Source: Dehalococcoidia bacterium (GTDB lineage Bacteria > Chloroflexota > Dehalococcoidia > Lucifugimonadales > Australimonadaceae). From it: 64,000 nucleotides of DNA. Of this stretch, positions 9,290 through 17,965 are shown piece after piece. Where the stretch lies: positions 2,002,389 through 2,066,388 of the forward strand of contig OZ252088.1 in assembly GCA_965248065.1 (NCBI GenBank), written 5' to 3'. The translations under genes and the position numbers were made by a program. Positions within the stretch are counted from its first letter, which is position 1. Each line of letters begins with the position of its first letter. Below the pieces are notes generated by a model. It worked only from the letters and a program-made list of their open reading frames with translations. It was not told where the DNA came from and did no database searches.

Positions 9290-9486
9290 GGTTCTCTCCC
9301 AAGGAGACCTGCTTGCTCCTGGATACTCCGCCACGTGCCCGGCGGTAAATCCTCTCTCATGTGGCCGGGAATAGTGACCTTGCCGGGTTTCTGCGGGTGA
9401 CGGAAGTGCCGGTGGCTGCCCCTCGTGCGCACATGATACCAGCCCTCTCGCTCCACGAGCCGGATGGCCTCCCTAACTTTTGGCAC
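9286..9486 (-). CDS. hicA: HicA-family mRNA interferase toxin
   Basis: 66 aa with GWYHVRTRGSHRHFRHP, the HicA (YcfA) signature. Confidence 0.85.
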   Translation of the reverse strand: MPKVREAIRLVEREGWYHVRTRGSHRHFRHPQKPGKVTIPGHMREDLPPGTWRSIQEQAGLLGREP

Positions 9487-9606
9487 GCCCAGGCTCCGCG
9501 AGCAGACCGTCCCTCCTGCGCTCTCTAGGAACCGTGAGTCTACTACGAGCGCGTTCAGAGGACCGCCATCCTGGTCCTCATCCGCAGACGGGGGATAAGG
9601 GCGCGA

Positions 9607-9684
9607 GGTTCCCGCCTGCGCGGGAATGACGGATGGGGAGTCTCCGCAGACGGAAGGGGAATTTTCGAGGAATGACGGGAGGGG
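9607..9684. repeat. REP-like repeats (module A 9607-9632 plus degenerate module B)
   Basis: ggTTCCCGCctgcGCGGGAAtgacgg followed by ctccgcagacggaagggg...ttttcgaggaatgacgg. Confidence 0.7.
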
Positions 9685-9729
9685 GGCGCGGGTCTATACT
9701 CGGCGCTACTCGGACCCAGGAGGCTAGCG

Positions 9730-10800
9730 ATGAGCGCAAATATCGAGCTGGTCATTGACGCCGATGGTCATATTCAAGAGGACGACAACGGCATCAGGCA
9801 GTTCTTGCCGAGCGACTTCCACAAGGACCGTATGCAGAGCATGTTTCCGCCGTTCGATCACTTCCATCGCTTTCACCTGATCGAGCCGGACCCGGAGCGC
9901 GCCAAACGGGGGGTGGTCGGGCCTGCCGAATGGGTGGATTTCCTGGACGACGTGGGCATCGACACCACCGTGCTCTATCCGACGCGCGGGCTCGCCTACG
10001 GGAAGATCACCAGCATCGACTGGGCAATCGCCGCCACGCGAGCGTACAACGACTGGCTCCACGCGACCTACTGCAGCCAAGACCCTCGTTTCAAGGGCAT
10101 GGCCCTGATTCCGATGCAGGACCCCGCAGCCGCCGTGGATGAGCTCCGCCGAGCCGTGACCGAGCTGGGAATGGTGGGCGCGATGCTGCCGTCGCGGGGG
10201 CTGAGCACGCACCTGGGCGCCAAGTGCTACTGGCCGGTGTACGAGGAGGCCAGCCGGCTGGGCTGCGCGGTGGCGGTCCACGGCGGGTGTCACGACGGGA
10301 TGGGCTTCGACGACCTGAACCGCTACGCCCCTATCCATGCGATGGGGCATCCGATAGGGGTGATGATCGGGATGGCCAGCATCGTCTTCAACGGCGTGCT
10401 CGACCGGTTCCCCGGCCTCAGGATAAGCTTTCTCGAAGGCGGGGTGGGATGGTTTCTGATGGCGATGGAGCGGTTCGACCGCTCCCACGTCACCCACATC
10501 GAGCACGATCCGGGAGGCGAGTACGGCCCGCACGGGGACGAAACGCCCAGCGAGTACATTCTGCGGCACATCCGCGACGGCCGGCTGTTCATCGGGTGCG
10601 AGGGAGAGGAGCCGGCGCTCGGCTTCGCGGCGACGCGCTACAGCCCGGAGGCCTTCCTGTATTCGAGCGACTTTCCGCACGAGGTCACGACGGAGATGTG
10701 CAAGCGGGAGATCCAAGAGGTGCGGGAGAGCGAGGAGCTAACGGACGTCGCCAAGGAGGCGATACTGAGCCGGAACGCGCAGCGGTACTACCGACTGTAG
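9730..10800 (+). CDS. Amidohydrolase family 2 (ACMSD-like) metal-dependent hydrolase/decarboxylase
   Basis: The N-terminal IDADGHI motif, paralogy with 13531, 17966 and 43615, and the C-terminal SDFPHE motif. Confidence 0.85.
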   Translation: MSANIELVIDADGHIQEDDNGIRQFLPSDFHKDRMQSMFPPFDHFHRFHLIEPDPERAKRGVVGPAEWVDFLDDVGIDTTVLYPTRGLAYGKITSIDWAIAATRAYNDWLHATYCSQDPRFKGMALIPMQDPAAAVDELRRAVTELGMVGAMLPSRGLSTHLGAKCYWPVYEEASRLGCAVAVHGGCHDGMGFDDLNRYAPIHAMGHPIGVMIGMASIVFNGVLDRFPGLRISFLEGGVGWFLMAMERFDRSHVTHIEHDPGGEYGPHGDETPSEYILRHIRDGRLFIGCEGEEPALGFAATRYSPEAFLYSSDFPHEVTTEMCKREIQEVRESEELTDVAKEAILSRNAQRYYRL

Positions 10801-10802
10801 GG

Positions 10803-10968
10803 CGCGCCCCCTCTCTAGCTCTCCCCCGCAGACGGGGGGAGAGGACTTTCGGAATTCTTCCCCCGCAGGCAGGGGGCGCCCTGGATTCCCGCGTTCGCGG
10901 GAATGACGGAAGGGGGCGCGGGAATGACGGAGAGGGCTGCGGGGTTCCCGCCTTCGCGGGAATGACGG
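10803..10968. repeat. REP-like repeat cluster (B 10803-10851; A 10881-10909; partial A 10917-10930; A 10943-10968)
   Basis: Same two modules as the other REP loci, in the intergenic gap between the amidohydrolase and ADH genes. Confidence 0.75.
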
Positions 10969-10978
10969 GGGAAGCGAG

Positions 10979-12070
10979 GTGACGCTGATGGAGACGTGCA
11001 AGGCCGCCGTAGTGACCGGGTTCGGCGAAGCGACCGAGGTCCGGGACATCCCGATGCCCGACCTGGAGCCGGGAGGTCTGCTGCTCCAAGTCGAGGCCGC
11101 GACGCTGTGCGGGACCGACGTGCACATGTGGCACGGGGGGCCTGCGCGCATGCTCCCGTACATACCGGGGCACGAGACGTCGGGCCGCATCGTGGCCATG
11201 AACGGAGCGCGGTGGGACGTTCAGGGCAGAGCTCTCCAAGAAGGCGACCGGATCATCTCCGCCTACCGCTTCTGCGGCCACTGCTTCTACTGCTCCGTGG
11301 CGAACCAGCCGACGCTGTGCTCGGACAGCATCCGGTTCGGACGCGCGCGGGCCGACGAGCCGCCCTACCTGCTGGGCGGCTGCGCGGAGTATCACTACAT
11401 TCCTCCGGGCACGGCGATCGTCTCCGTCCCGGATCAGGTCACGGCGCCTCAGGCCGCGTCCGCCGCGTGCGCGCTGCGGACCGTGATGCACGGGTTCGAG
11501 CGGCTGGGCGCGCTGCGGAGCCACGATACGGTCGTCGTCCAGGGGTCGGGACCCGTCGGCCTCTACGCGTCGGCGGTGGCCCGCGACCGGGGCGCAGGCC
11601 GCGTGCTGGTGATCGGCGCGCCGAGGGCGAGGTTGGAAGTCGCTGAGGCGTGGGGCGCGGACGAAACGCTTGATATCACAGAGGTCCCCGAGGCGGCCGA
11701 CCGTCACGCGTGGGTGCTGGACCGGACCTCCGGGCGGGGGGCGGACGTCGCTATCCAGTGCGTTGCCGCGTCGGTCATCCCGGAGGGGCTGGGGTTCCTG
11801 CGGCCAGGAGGGCGGTACCTGTCCATCGGAGGCGGGGGCGGGCCGATTTCGCTGCCGGGATTCGGTCAGCAGGTCACGATCCTCAGCGTGCGGTCGGGGG
11901 AGGGGCGTCACTACCACCAGGCGCTGGAGTTCCTGCGGACGCGGCAGGCGTCGACGCCGTTCGAGCGGCTGCTCTCAGGGACTTACGCGCTCGACGGGAC
12001 GGGTGAGGCCCTGCACGCGATGGCCGACTTCCGCGAGGTCAAGGCGGTCATTCTTCCTCACGGGGCATAA
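10979..12070 (+). CDS. Zinc-dependent alcohol dehydrogenase family (MDR) oxidoreductase
   Basis: GHETSGRIV catalytic-zinc motif, structural Zn Cys cluster CGHCFYC and Rossmann GSGPVG. GTG at 10979 or ATG at 10988 is the start. Confidence 0.85.
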   Translation: MTLMETCKAAVVTGFGEATEVRDIPMPDLEPGGLLLQVEAATLCGTDVHMWHGGPARMLPYIPGHETSGRIVAMNGARWDVQGRALQEGDRIISAYRFCGHCFYCSVANQPTLCSDSIRFGRARADEPPYLLGGCAEYHYIPPGTAIVSVPDQVTAPQAASAACALRTVMHGFERLGALRSHDTVVVQGSGPVGLYASAVARDRGAGRVLVIGAPRARLEVAEAWGADETLDITEVPEAADRHAWVLDRTSGRGADVAIQCVAASVIPEGLGFLRPGGRYLSIGGGGGPISLPGFGQQVTILSVRSGEGRHYHQALEFLRTRQASTPFERLLSGTYALDGTGEALHAMADFREVKAVILPHGA

Positions 12071-12226
12071 GGGGCGCAGCCCCGGCGGTTTTGGGCCAGC
12101 CTTGCGAGAGCCGGGAGTCTAGGGCGAGCCAGAAGAGAACCTGTACCCGCCGCGGCACAAGACGCTCCGGTTTCCCTCTGCGGTCTAGTAGAGTCAGGAG
12201 AGCCCAGCCGCTTCGATAGCCCGGGC

Positions 12227-13252
12227 GTGGGGGAAGCGATGCCGGAACCAACGGATGATCAATGGCGCGACCTGTACATGACGTTCGACGATTACTGCCG
12301 AGCGGCGCCGTGGCAATGGCTGAGCAACGCCGACATCTTAGGCATCGAGCACCTGTCCGGCGAGTTCATGGGCTATTGCGTCGTCATGGGGCAGGCAGGG
12401 TTCGAGTACGGCCTGGCGGTATATGTCGGGGACGTGGGATTGGCGGGGTACCTTGCGCTGATGACAGACGAGGTCGCGCCCGAGTCAGATGAAGTCTTGG
12501 AACAGACCAACGCCCTGTCGGTCATGCTTGCCGACAGAGAATTCTTGGACACGGCAGACCTCGCCACCATCCGCAGATTGGGCCTCAAGTACAGAGGGAA
12601 AGGCAGGTGGCCTCTGTTCTACAGCACCAGACCCGGCTACACGCCGTGGCGCCTGGAGGCGGATGAAGCGGTCTTCTTGACGATAGCGTTGAAGAACGTG
12701 ATGGACGTCGCTTCCAGAATCGCAAGCGGCGAGCTGGACCTGTACTCGGGGAGAGACCCCGGCACGATGCTGACCCGTCTCTACCGGAACGGCGCTTGGC
12801 GGGACCACTGGGAAACGTTCAGGCTGCCGCCTGCGCCGCCGCCAGTCGCCGACTATCCCGACGTGGAGAGACTCCGGCGACTGACCGAATCAAAGCCCAA
12901 GGCGCCATGGACCTGGGAGCTAGGCGTCTTCTATGTGCACACGCCGGTCCAGGAAGGGAAGGGACAGCGACCTTACTACCCAACCATGACGCTTCTCGTT
13001 GATGGAGACTCCACGTTAATCCTGGGCTTGAATGTTCTCGAGGAAGTTCCATCGACCAAAGAGCGCCAGGACGCCTTGGTCGAGCTGCTGGAGGCCGAGG
13101 ACATGCTGCCGGAAGCGCTGGCCGTAGATTCAGCGCGCACAGCCCAGCTCGTGGAATCGGTCGCGGAGTCACTTGGCGTCGAGCTATCAGTAGGAGCAAC
13201 ACCGGCGCTCGACGAAGCGAAACTGTCGCTGATGATGTTCGCGGAGGAGTAA
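12227..13252 (+). CDS. Hypothetical protein (341 aa, acidic, no motif recognised)
   Basis: Long ORF with normal codon bias, flanked by a 42-bp duplication of the ADH 3' end. Confidence 0.6.
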   Translation: MGEAMPEPTDDQWRDLYMTFDDYCRAAPWQWLSNADILGIEHLSGEFMGYCVVMGQAGFEYGLAVYVGDVGLAGYLALMTDEVAPESDEVLEQTNALSVMLADREFLDTADLATIRRLGLKYRGKGRWPLFYSTRPGYTPWRLEADEAVFLTIALKNVMDVASRIASGELDLYSGRDPGTMLTRLYRNGAWRDHWETFRLPPAPPPVADYPDVERLRRLTESKPKAPWTWELGVFYVHTPVQEGKGQRPYYPTMTLLVDGDSTLILGLNVLEEVPSTKERQDALVELLEAEDMLPEALAVDSARTAQLVESVAESLGVELSVGATPALDEAKLSLMMFAEE

Positions 13253-13374
13253 CGTGCGGGAGGCGCACCTCCCCCCGCAGACGCGGGAAGCGGAAGTGGC
13301 AGGCAGTCCGGTATCGATACCGGCGGCTCGCGCGCGGAGACTGCGGCTCAGGGCCGGACGGGCGTCGGCTTCCG

Positions 13375-13419
13375 CGAAGTCAAGGCGGTCATTCTTCCTC
13401 ACGGGGCATAGAGGCTCAC
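13375..13419. repeat. Duplicate of the ADH gene 3' end (copy of 12028-12070)
   Basis: ttccgcgaagtcaaggcggtcattcttcctcacggggcata versus ttccgcgaggtcaaggcggtcattcttcctcacggggcata. It encodes FREVKAVILPHGA-stop in both places. Confidence 0.7.
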
Positions 13420-13530
13420 GGGGCATAGGGCGGGGCTGAGGCCGAGCCAAAGAGAATGGCGCCAGGCCCGCTTTGACGCGGCTGTGAAGGGATGCTATAC
13501 CCAGTCCGTACACATTTGGAGGCGTACGCC

Positions 13531-14634
13531 ATGACAACCCAGCTGCAAGTCGTTGACGGAGACGGACATTTGGTGACGGATATCGCGGCGGTGGCCAGCC
13601 GCATGCCGCAGGAGTACCTGAACCGGGCCGGGGGCAGCAGCCTCGGCAGTATCTTTCCACCCATCGACCACCTCCACGCTGCTCAGCCGGTCGCAACGCC
13701 TCCCGGCTCGTTTCCCAAGATCGGGGTCGAGGAATGGCTGATGTTCATGGACGAGGTCGGCATCGACTGCGCGGCGTTGTTCCCAACCGGCGGGCTGTCC
13801 TATGGGCGCATCGTCAATCGGGACTGGGCCATCGCCGTGTGCCGGGCTTACAACGACTGGCTGCACGACACCTACGTCAAGAGCAGCCCTCGGTTCGTGG
13901 GTCTTGCCCTCATACCTATGCAGGAGCCTGAGGAGGCGGCTGCGGAGCTCCGCCGGGCGGTGGAGGAGCTTGGGATGGCGGGCGCGATGCTCCCGACCAG
14001 AGGCCTTCCGAACCACCTAGGCGCCAAGGAATATTGGCCCGTCTATGAGGAGGCGGACCGGCTCGGCTGCTGCCTCGCGATCCATGGCGGCTCGCACAGC
14101 GGCATGGGTTTCGACCACCTGAATGTGTACGCGCCTGTCCACGCGATGGGCCATCCGGTGGGGCTGATGACCGCCTTCGCCGGCGTCGTCTTCAACGGCG
14201 TCCTGGACCGCTACCCCAATGCGCGTTGGGGCTTCCTCGAAGGCGGCGTCGCCTGGTTCATGCTCTGCATGGAACGGTTCGACCGCTCCTACGAGACCCA
14301 TATCGACCTCGACCCTCGCGGGGAGCTACTACAGCTGCGGGAGGGCGAACGCGTAAGCGACTACATCCTGCGCCACATCCACGACGGCCGACTGTTCGTC
14401 GGATGCGAAGGCACCGAGCCGCTCATCACCGAGGCGCTGCGTCTGACCAGCGGGAAGTGCTTTGTCTTCTCGTCGGACTTTCCACACGAGGTCAACGCCG
14501 ACATCTGCAAGCATGAGCTTGGGGAGATCTTCGGCAACACGAGGATCACCGGCGAGGAGCGAGCAGGGGTGCTGTCGGAAAACGCCCGCGCACTTTACGG
14601 ACGTCCCGTCGCCGCCGGCCTCGAAGGTCGCTAG
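13531..14634 (+). CDS. Amidohydrolase family 2 (ACMSD-like)
   Basis: ATG at 13531 preceded by GGAGG (13518-13522). VDGDGHL and SDFPHE motifs. Paralog of 9730..10800. Confidence 0.85.
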   Translation: MTTQLQVVDGDGHLVTDIAAVASRMPQEYLNRAGGSSLGSIFPPIDHLHAAQPVATPPGSFPKIGVEEWLMFMDEVGIDCAALFPTGGLSYGRIVNRDWAIAVCRAYNDWLHDTYVKSSPRFVGLALIPMQEPEEAAAELRRAVEELGMAGAMLPTRGLPNHLGAKEYWPVYEEADRLGCCLAIHGGSHSGMGFDHLNVYAPVHAMGHPVGLMTAFAGVVFNGVLDRYPNARWGFLEGGVAWFMLCMERFDRSYETHIDLDPRGELLQLREGERVSDYILRHIHDGRLFVGCEGTEPLITEALRLTSGKCFVFSSDFPHEVNADICKHELGEIFGNTRITGEERAGVLSENARALYGRPVAAGLEGR

Positions 14635-14857
14635 CCGCGTCGCGAGATTGGCGGCTCGCGAGTGGGACGGGCTCAACGGGACAGCCGACATTCCGAACGG
14701 GTGGCGCCGGGATTGGTCAACTGAAGCCGCTCATCGAATCTTGGGAAGACCCCAACGCCCAAACCATCATCGGCGATGTAGAGCGTGTGGGAGGTCAGCG
14801 CGGGCTTCATAGACTCAAAAGAGTGGGGCATACTACCTTCTTTCTACGAATCAGGCG

Positions 14858-15309
14858 ATGCGACGCTTCAGCCTCAATAGCATGCTCGTGCTAATCGCTG
14901 TCATCTCCAGCCTGTTGGTGGTTGCGTGCAACACGGACGCCACGCCAACGCCCCTCCCGACACCCACTCCTCTCCCATGCCCCCGAGCCCTCCCAGCGCT
15001 CCCGACGCTATCGGGGAGGTCATCAGTATCTTCGATACTCCCAGCGTCCATCTTGAACGCAGCCACTTCCTACCTGACTTGCCCATCTCCACTACTGCTG
15101 TGCTTAGCGGTTTCCTAGAGGGCGAGGAGATTGACCTTACGCTCGTAGCTAGCGATGGCGTGTTGACATCCATGGGAACGGCCACTGCCAACGCTGGCGG
15201 CATAGCATCCCTAGACATCAGGCACGATGGCCTGCCCGCAGGCACATACGCCGTTATAGCCGTCGGCGACCAGGGCAGCAAGGACGCCACCGGGTTCTAC
15301 GTCAAGTGA
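14858..15309 (+). pseudogene. Lipoprotein (signal peptide plus lipobox LLVVAC) split by a frameshift in a Pro-rich linker
   Basis: ORF 14858..15118 supplies the signal peptide and TPTPLPTPTP linker. The folded-looking C-terminal domain continues in ORF 14926..15309. The frame change is near 14960-14990 in C-rich runs. Confidence 0.5.
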
Positions 15310-15333
15310 GCCCCTCGGTGCGTCGCCTGCGCC

Positions 15334-15648
15334 CGCTTACGCACACCACTGGCGTATCGCCAACCGCGCATCATCGCCGCCTTCGTTGAGGAGATGAGCG
15401 AGTTCCTCAAGACCAGCGAGCTGACCGAGACCAAGGCATTCGTCGGATCCTTCGTCAAGGAAATCGTGGTCAAGCCCGGCAGGGCCACCATCGTCTACTC
15501 CATACCCACGCCGGACGACAGTCCTATAGGCGGAGCGGACGTTGTAGAGGTCGCTCTGAACGGGCGGGTTCGCAGTTCGGTACGTCATGGTGGGCCAGAC
15601 TGGACGGTAGGCAGCACCATCTTTGAGACGTGGCTGGGAGGGCTGTGA
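15334..15648 (+). pseudogene. C-terminal remnant of a large serine recombinase
   Basis: IIAAFVEEMSEFLKTSELTETKAFVGSFVKEIVVKPGRATIVYSIPTPDD...GGPDW aligns by eye with the C-terminus of the intact recombinase at 19934..21550 (IKEYVADFRAFLEEGTIPECKALIRNFVEGIKVNGDEAVLTYTIPMPND...GPPDW). No N-terminal catalytic domain is present. Confidence 0.55.
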
Positions 15649-15781
15649 GCCTACCGAGGTCCTCGGCCCAAGTAGTATGGCGTGACAGGGCGGAGGAACG
15701 CGCGAGGAGCATGGCGGCCCCGTACCTCTCTTTCAGTTCTGTCAAACCGTCTCGTAGTGGTAGAATGTCAGGTGTTGAAGT

Positions 15782-16117
15782 ATGCCATCGAGAGGGGAAA
15801 CTATGAGGGACGGGGAGATGTCGGCACTCACGCATGAAGAAGGAGCCGCACCGCCCGCCCGCCGTCCCGCCGAAGAGACGGCCCGCCTCGGCGACGAGAT
15901 ATACGAGCGAGACATCCGGCGGAAAGTCGAAGATGTCCACCACGGAGAAATCGTCGCCATCGATGTCGATAGCGGGGACTACGCCATTGCCGACAGCATC
16001 ATGGCCGCAGCGAAGGGACTCCAAGCGCGGCGCCTGGGGGCCGATGTCTGGTTGGTACGAGTCGGGTATCGGGCACTGCATCACTTCGGGGGCCGCCCCT
16101 TGCGGAAAGCCGAGTGA
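15782..16117 (+). CDS. Hypothetical small protein, upstream partner of the retropepsin-like protease
   Basis: 4-nt overlap with the next gene. Start uncertain. Confidence 0.55.
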   Translation: MPSRGETMRDGEMSALTHEEGAAPPARRPAEETARLGDEIYERDIRRKVEDVHHGEIVAIDVDSGDYAIADSIMAAAKGLQARRLGADVWLVRVGYRALHHFGGRPLRKAE

Positions 16118-16491
16118 TTGAGGGCATGGTGAACGCTGCTTACGAAGCCGTCGTAACCCTTCCCCTGCGAGGCCCAGAGGGACAGGCGCGGGAAATCGAG
16201 GCAGTGGTGGACACCGGCTTCACTGGGTTTCTGACCTTGCCGACGGTGCTGGTGACGGAGTTGGGACTAGCGTTCGTGGGCCAAGGCCGGGCGATGCTGG
16301 CCAACGGCAGCGAGGATGTTTTTGACGTATGGGACGTCACGGTGCTCTGGGACGGCCAGCCGAGATACGTCGTAGCAGATGAGGCCGATACCACCCCGCT
16401 CGTGGGCATGTCTCTGCTCGACAGCCATAGCTTGTACGTGGAAGTCTTGAACGGCGGCCGCGTCGTCATACAGCCCGCTAGGGACTCCTAG
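16114..16491 (+). CDS. Clan AA (retropepsin-like) aspartic protease, single-domain
   Basis: 125 aa with VVDTGFTGFLTLP (the D-T/S-G catalytic motif). Confidence 0.7.
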   Translation: MIEGMVNAAYEAVVTLPLRGPEGQAREIEAVVDTGFTGFLTLPTVLVTELGLAFVGQGRAMLANGSEDVFDVWDVTVLWDGQPRYVVADEADTTPLVGMSLLDSHSLYVEVLNGGRVVIQPARDS

Positions 16492-16506
16492 GACGAATCC
16501 CTGACG

Positions 16507-16580
16507 TGGGCCGGGCAGGACTTGAACCCGCAGCCAGGCGATTATGAGTCGCCCGCTCTAACTAACCGCGCTATCGGCCC
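16507..16580 (-). tRNA. tRNA-Met(CAT)-like gene, imperfect copy (possible pseudo-tRNA or att-associated duplicate)
   Basis: Its reverse complement folds as a cloverleaf with anticodon loop CTCATAA. From D-stem position 22 to the discriminator base it is identical to the tRNA at 37887-37963 apart from two variable-loop bases (TGGCT vs TGGTC). The 5' part has an A7:C66 mismatch, a G12:A23 mismatch and no canonical A14/G18G19. No CCA is encoded. Confidence 0.55.
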
Positions 16581-16643
16581 ACGGAGCATGGGGACGCGGC
16601 CTCGGTGGTGAGGCTAGACAACCGATTGGGCAGGACGGGGTCC

Positions 16644-17720
16644 CTAGTCCCGCTCGTCCTGCAGGAACCATTCGGTGGGGAGCTCCCGGCCTATGCCTGC
16701 GGCCTTCGCCAGCTCGTAGGCCCGGAATGCAACGGCTGCGAACTGCAGTCCGGAGCCCGGCACGTTGTAGTAGCAAGTCAGCTGATCGTCGCTCGAACGT
16801 CCGGCGACCTTTCCGGACACCAAGTCGGCCAGGGTCGGCGCGTCGCTGCGGTCGACTCCACGGTACGAGCTGTCGAAGTGGCCCGCGGGCAGTCCGACGT
16901 AGTCCTCGTCTCCTCCGACGAAGAACCCCTCGGCGCCGCCGTTGTTATGCCGCACGACGACGTCGAACTTCTCGACCGATGCAGGCGGCAGCTCTTTCGG
17001 CAAGACGGGCGTCACGTGCATCCCCGGCGTGAGGTACTGCGGATGGATGACGGGCTGCGCCGAGTCGGTACACCCGGCTACGATGTCCACTCCCTCGGTG
17101 ACCTGATCGGGGCTGTCCACCGCGACGACGTTGATGTCCAGTTTGTCGCTCATCTCCGCCGCGTACGCCTCGCGGTGCGCGCGCGTGGGGCTGTACACCC
17201 GACAGTAGTCGATCTTGCGCACCTTCGCGAACGCTTCCAGGTAGGTCCTCGCCATCCCGCCGGAGCCGAACATGCCAACCGACCGCGCGTTCTCCCGGGC
17301 CATGTAATTCGCCGCGACGCCGGCCGTCGCGCCGACGCGCATGTGCTGGATGTGGCCGTCGTTCAGGATGGCCAGCAGCTCCGCGTTCCAGACGCTGAAC
17401 AGCAGGATGAGGCCGCAGTACTTGCCGGGCGTGACGCTATACTTGTCGAGCGTTTGGCCGTCCGCCTCCCAGGGGAAGTGCATGATGTCGGACTTGAATC
17501 GGAGCGCGAACACGCCCAGGCGCCGGCTCGCGCCCTGCAAGGAGCCAAAGACGTAGAACTTCTCGTCGCCGATGGGAACCCAAACGTCCCAGCGGCCTCC
17601 GGGGGGCGCGACGACGGCCTCCTTGTCCGCGAGGTCCTTATAGGCCGTGTCCAGGTAGTCGAGGCAGTCGTCCATCGATAGGACGCGCCGCGCGTCGTCT
17701 GTGTTGATGAGTAGCGTCAC
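16644..17720 (-). CDS. Ornithine cyclodeaminase/mu-crystallin family protein
   Basis: 358 aa. The internal Rossmann region GMFGSGGMART and overall pattern fit the OCD/mu-crystallin family. Confidence 0.8.
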   Translation of the reverse strand: MTLLINTDDARRVLSMDDCLDYLDTAYKDLADKEAVVAPPGGRWDVWVPIGDEKFYVFGSLQGASRRLGVFALRFKSDIMHFPWEADGQTLDKYSVTPGKYCGLILLFSVWNAELLAILNDGHIQHMRVGATAGVAANYMARENARSVGMFGSGGMARTYLEAFAKVRKIDYCRVYSPTRAHREAYAAEMSDKLDINVVAVDSPDQVTEGVDIVAGCTDSAQPVIHPQYLTPGMHVTPVLPKELPPASVEKFDVVVRHNNGGAEGFFVGGDEDYVGLPAGHFDSSYRGVDRSDAPTLADLVSGKVAGRSSDDQLTCYYNVPGSGLQFAAVAFRAYELAKAAGIGRELPTEWFLQDERD

Positions 17721-17764
17721 CGTTCACCTCCTATAACGTCGCTAGTGCAGACAGGGGCCGATAC

Positions 17765-17922
17765 CTGGATTCCCGCCTTCGCGGGAATGACGGAGGGGAG
17801 GGATCGCGGCGCTATCGCGCCGCTACGAGGTTCCCGCCTGCGCGGGAATGACGGAGGGCGGCCCCCTCTCTCACTCTCCCCCACAGACGGGGGAGAGGGT
17901 TTTCGAGGGAATGACGGAGGGG
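17765..17922. repeat. REP-like repeat cluster (A 17765-17793; A 17829-17854; B 17860-17907; partial A tail)
   Basis: Same modules as the other REP loci, in the intergenic gap. Confidence 0.75.
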
Positions 17923-17965
17923 CTTTATGCACGCCCGGATCTTCTCCTACACCCCAGCCCCGTCT

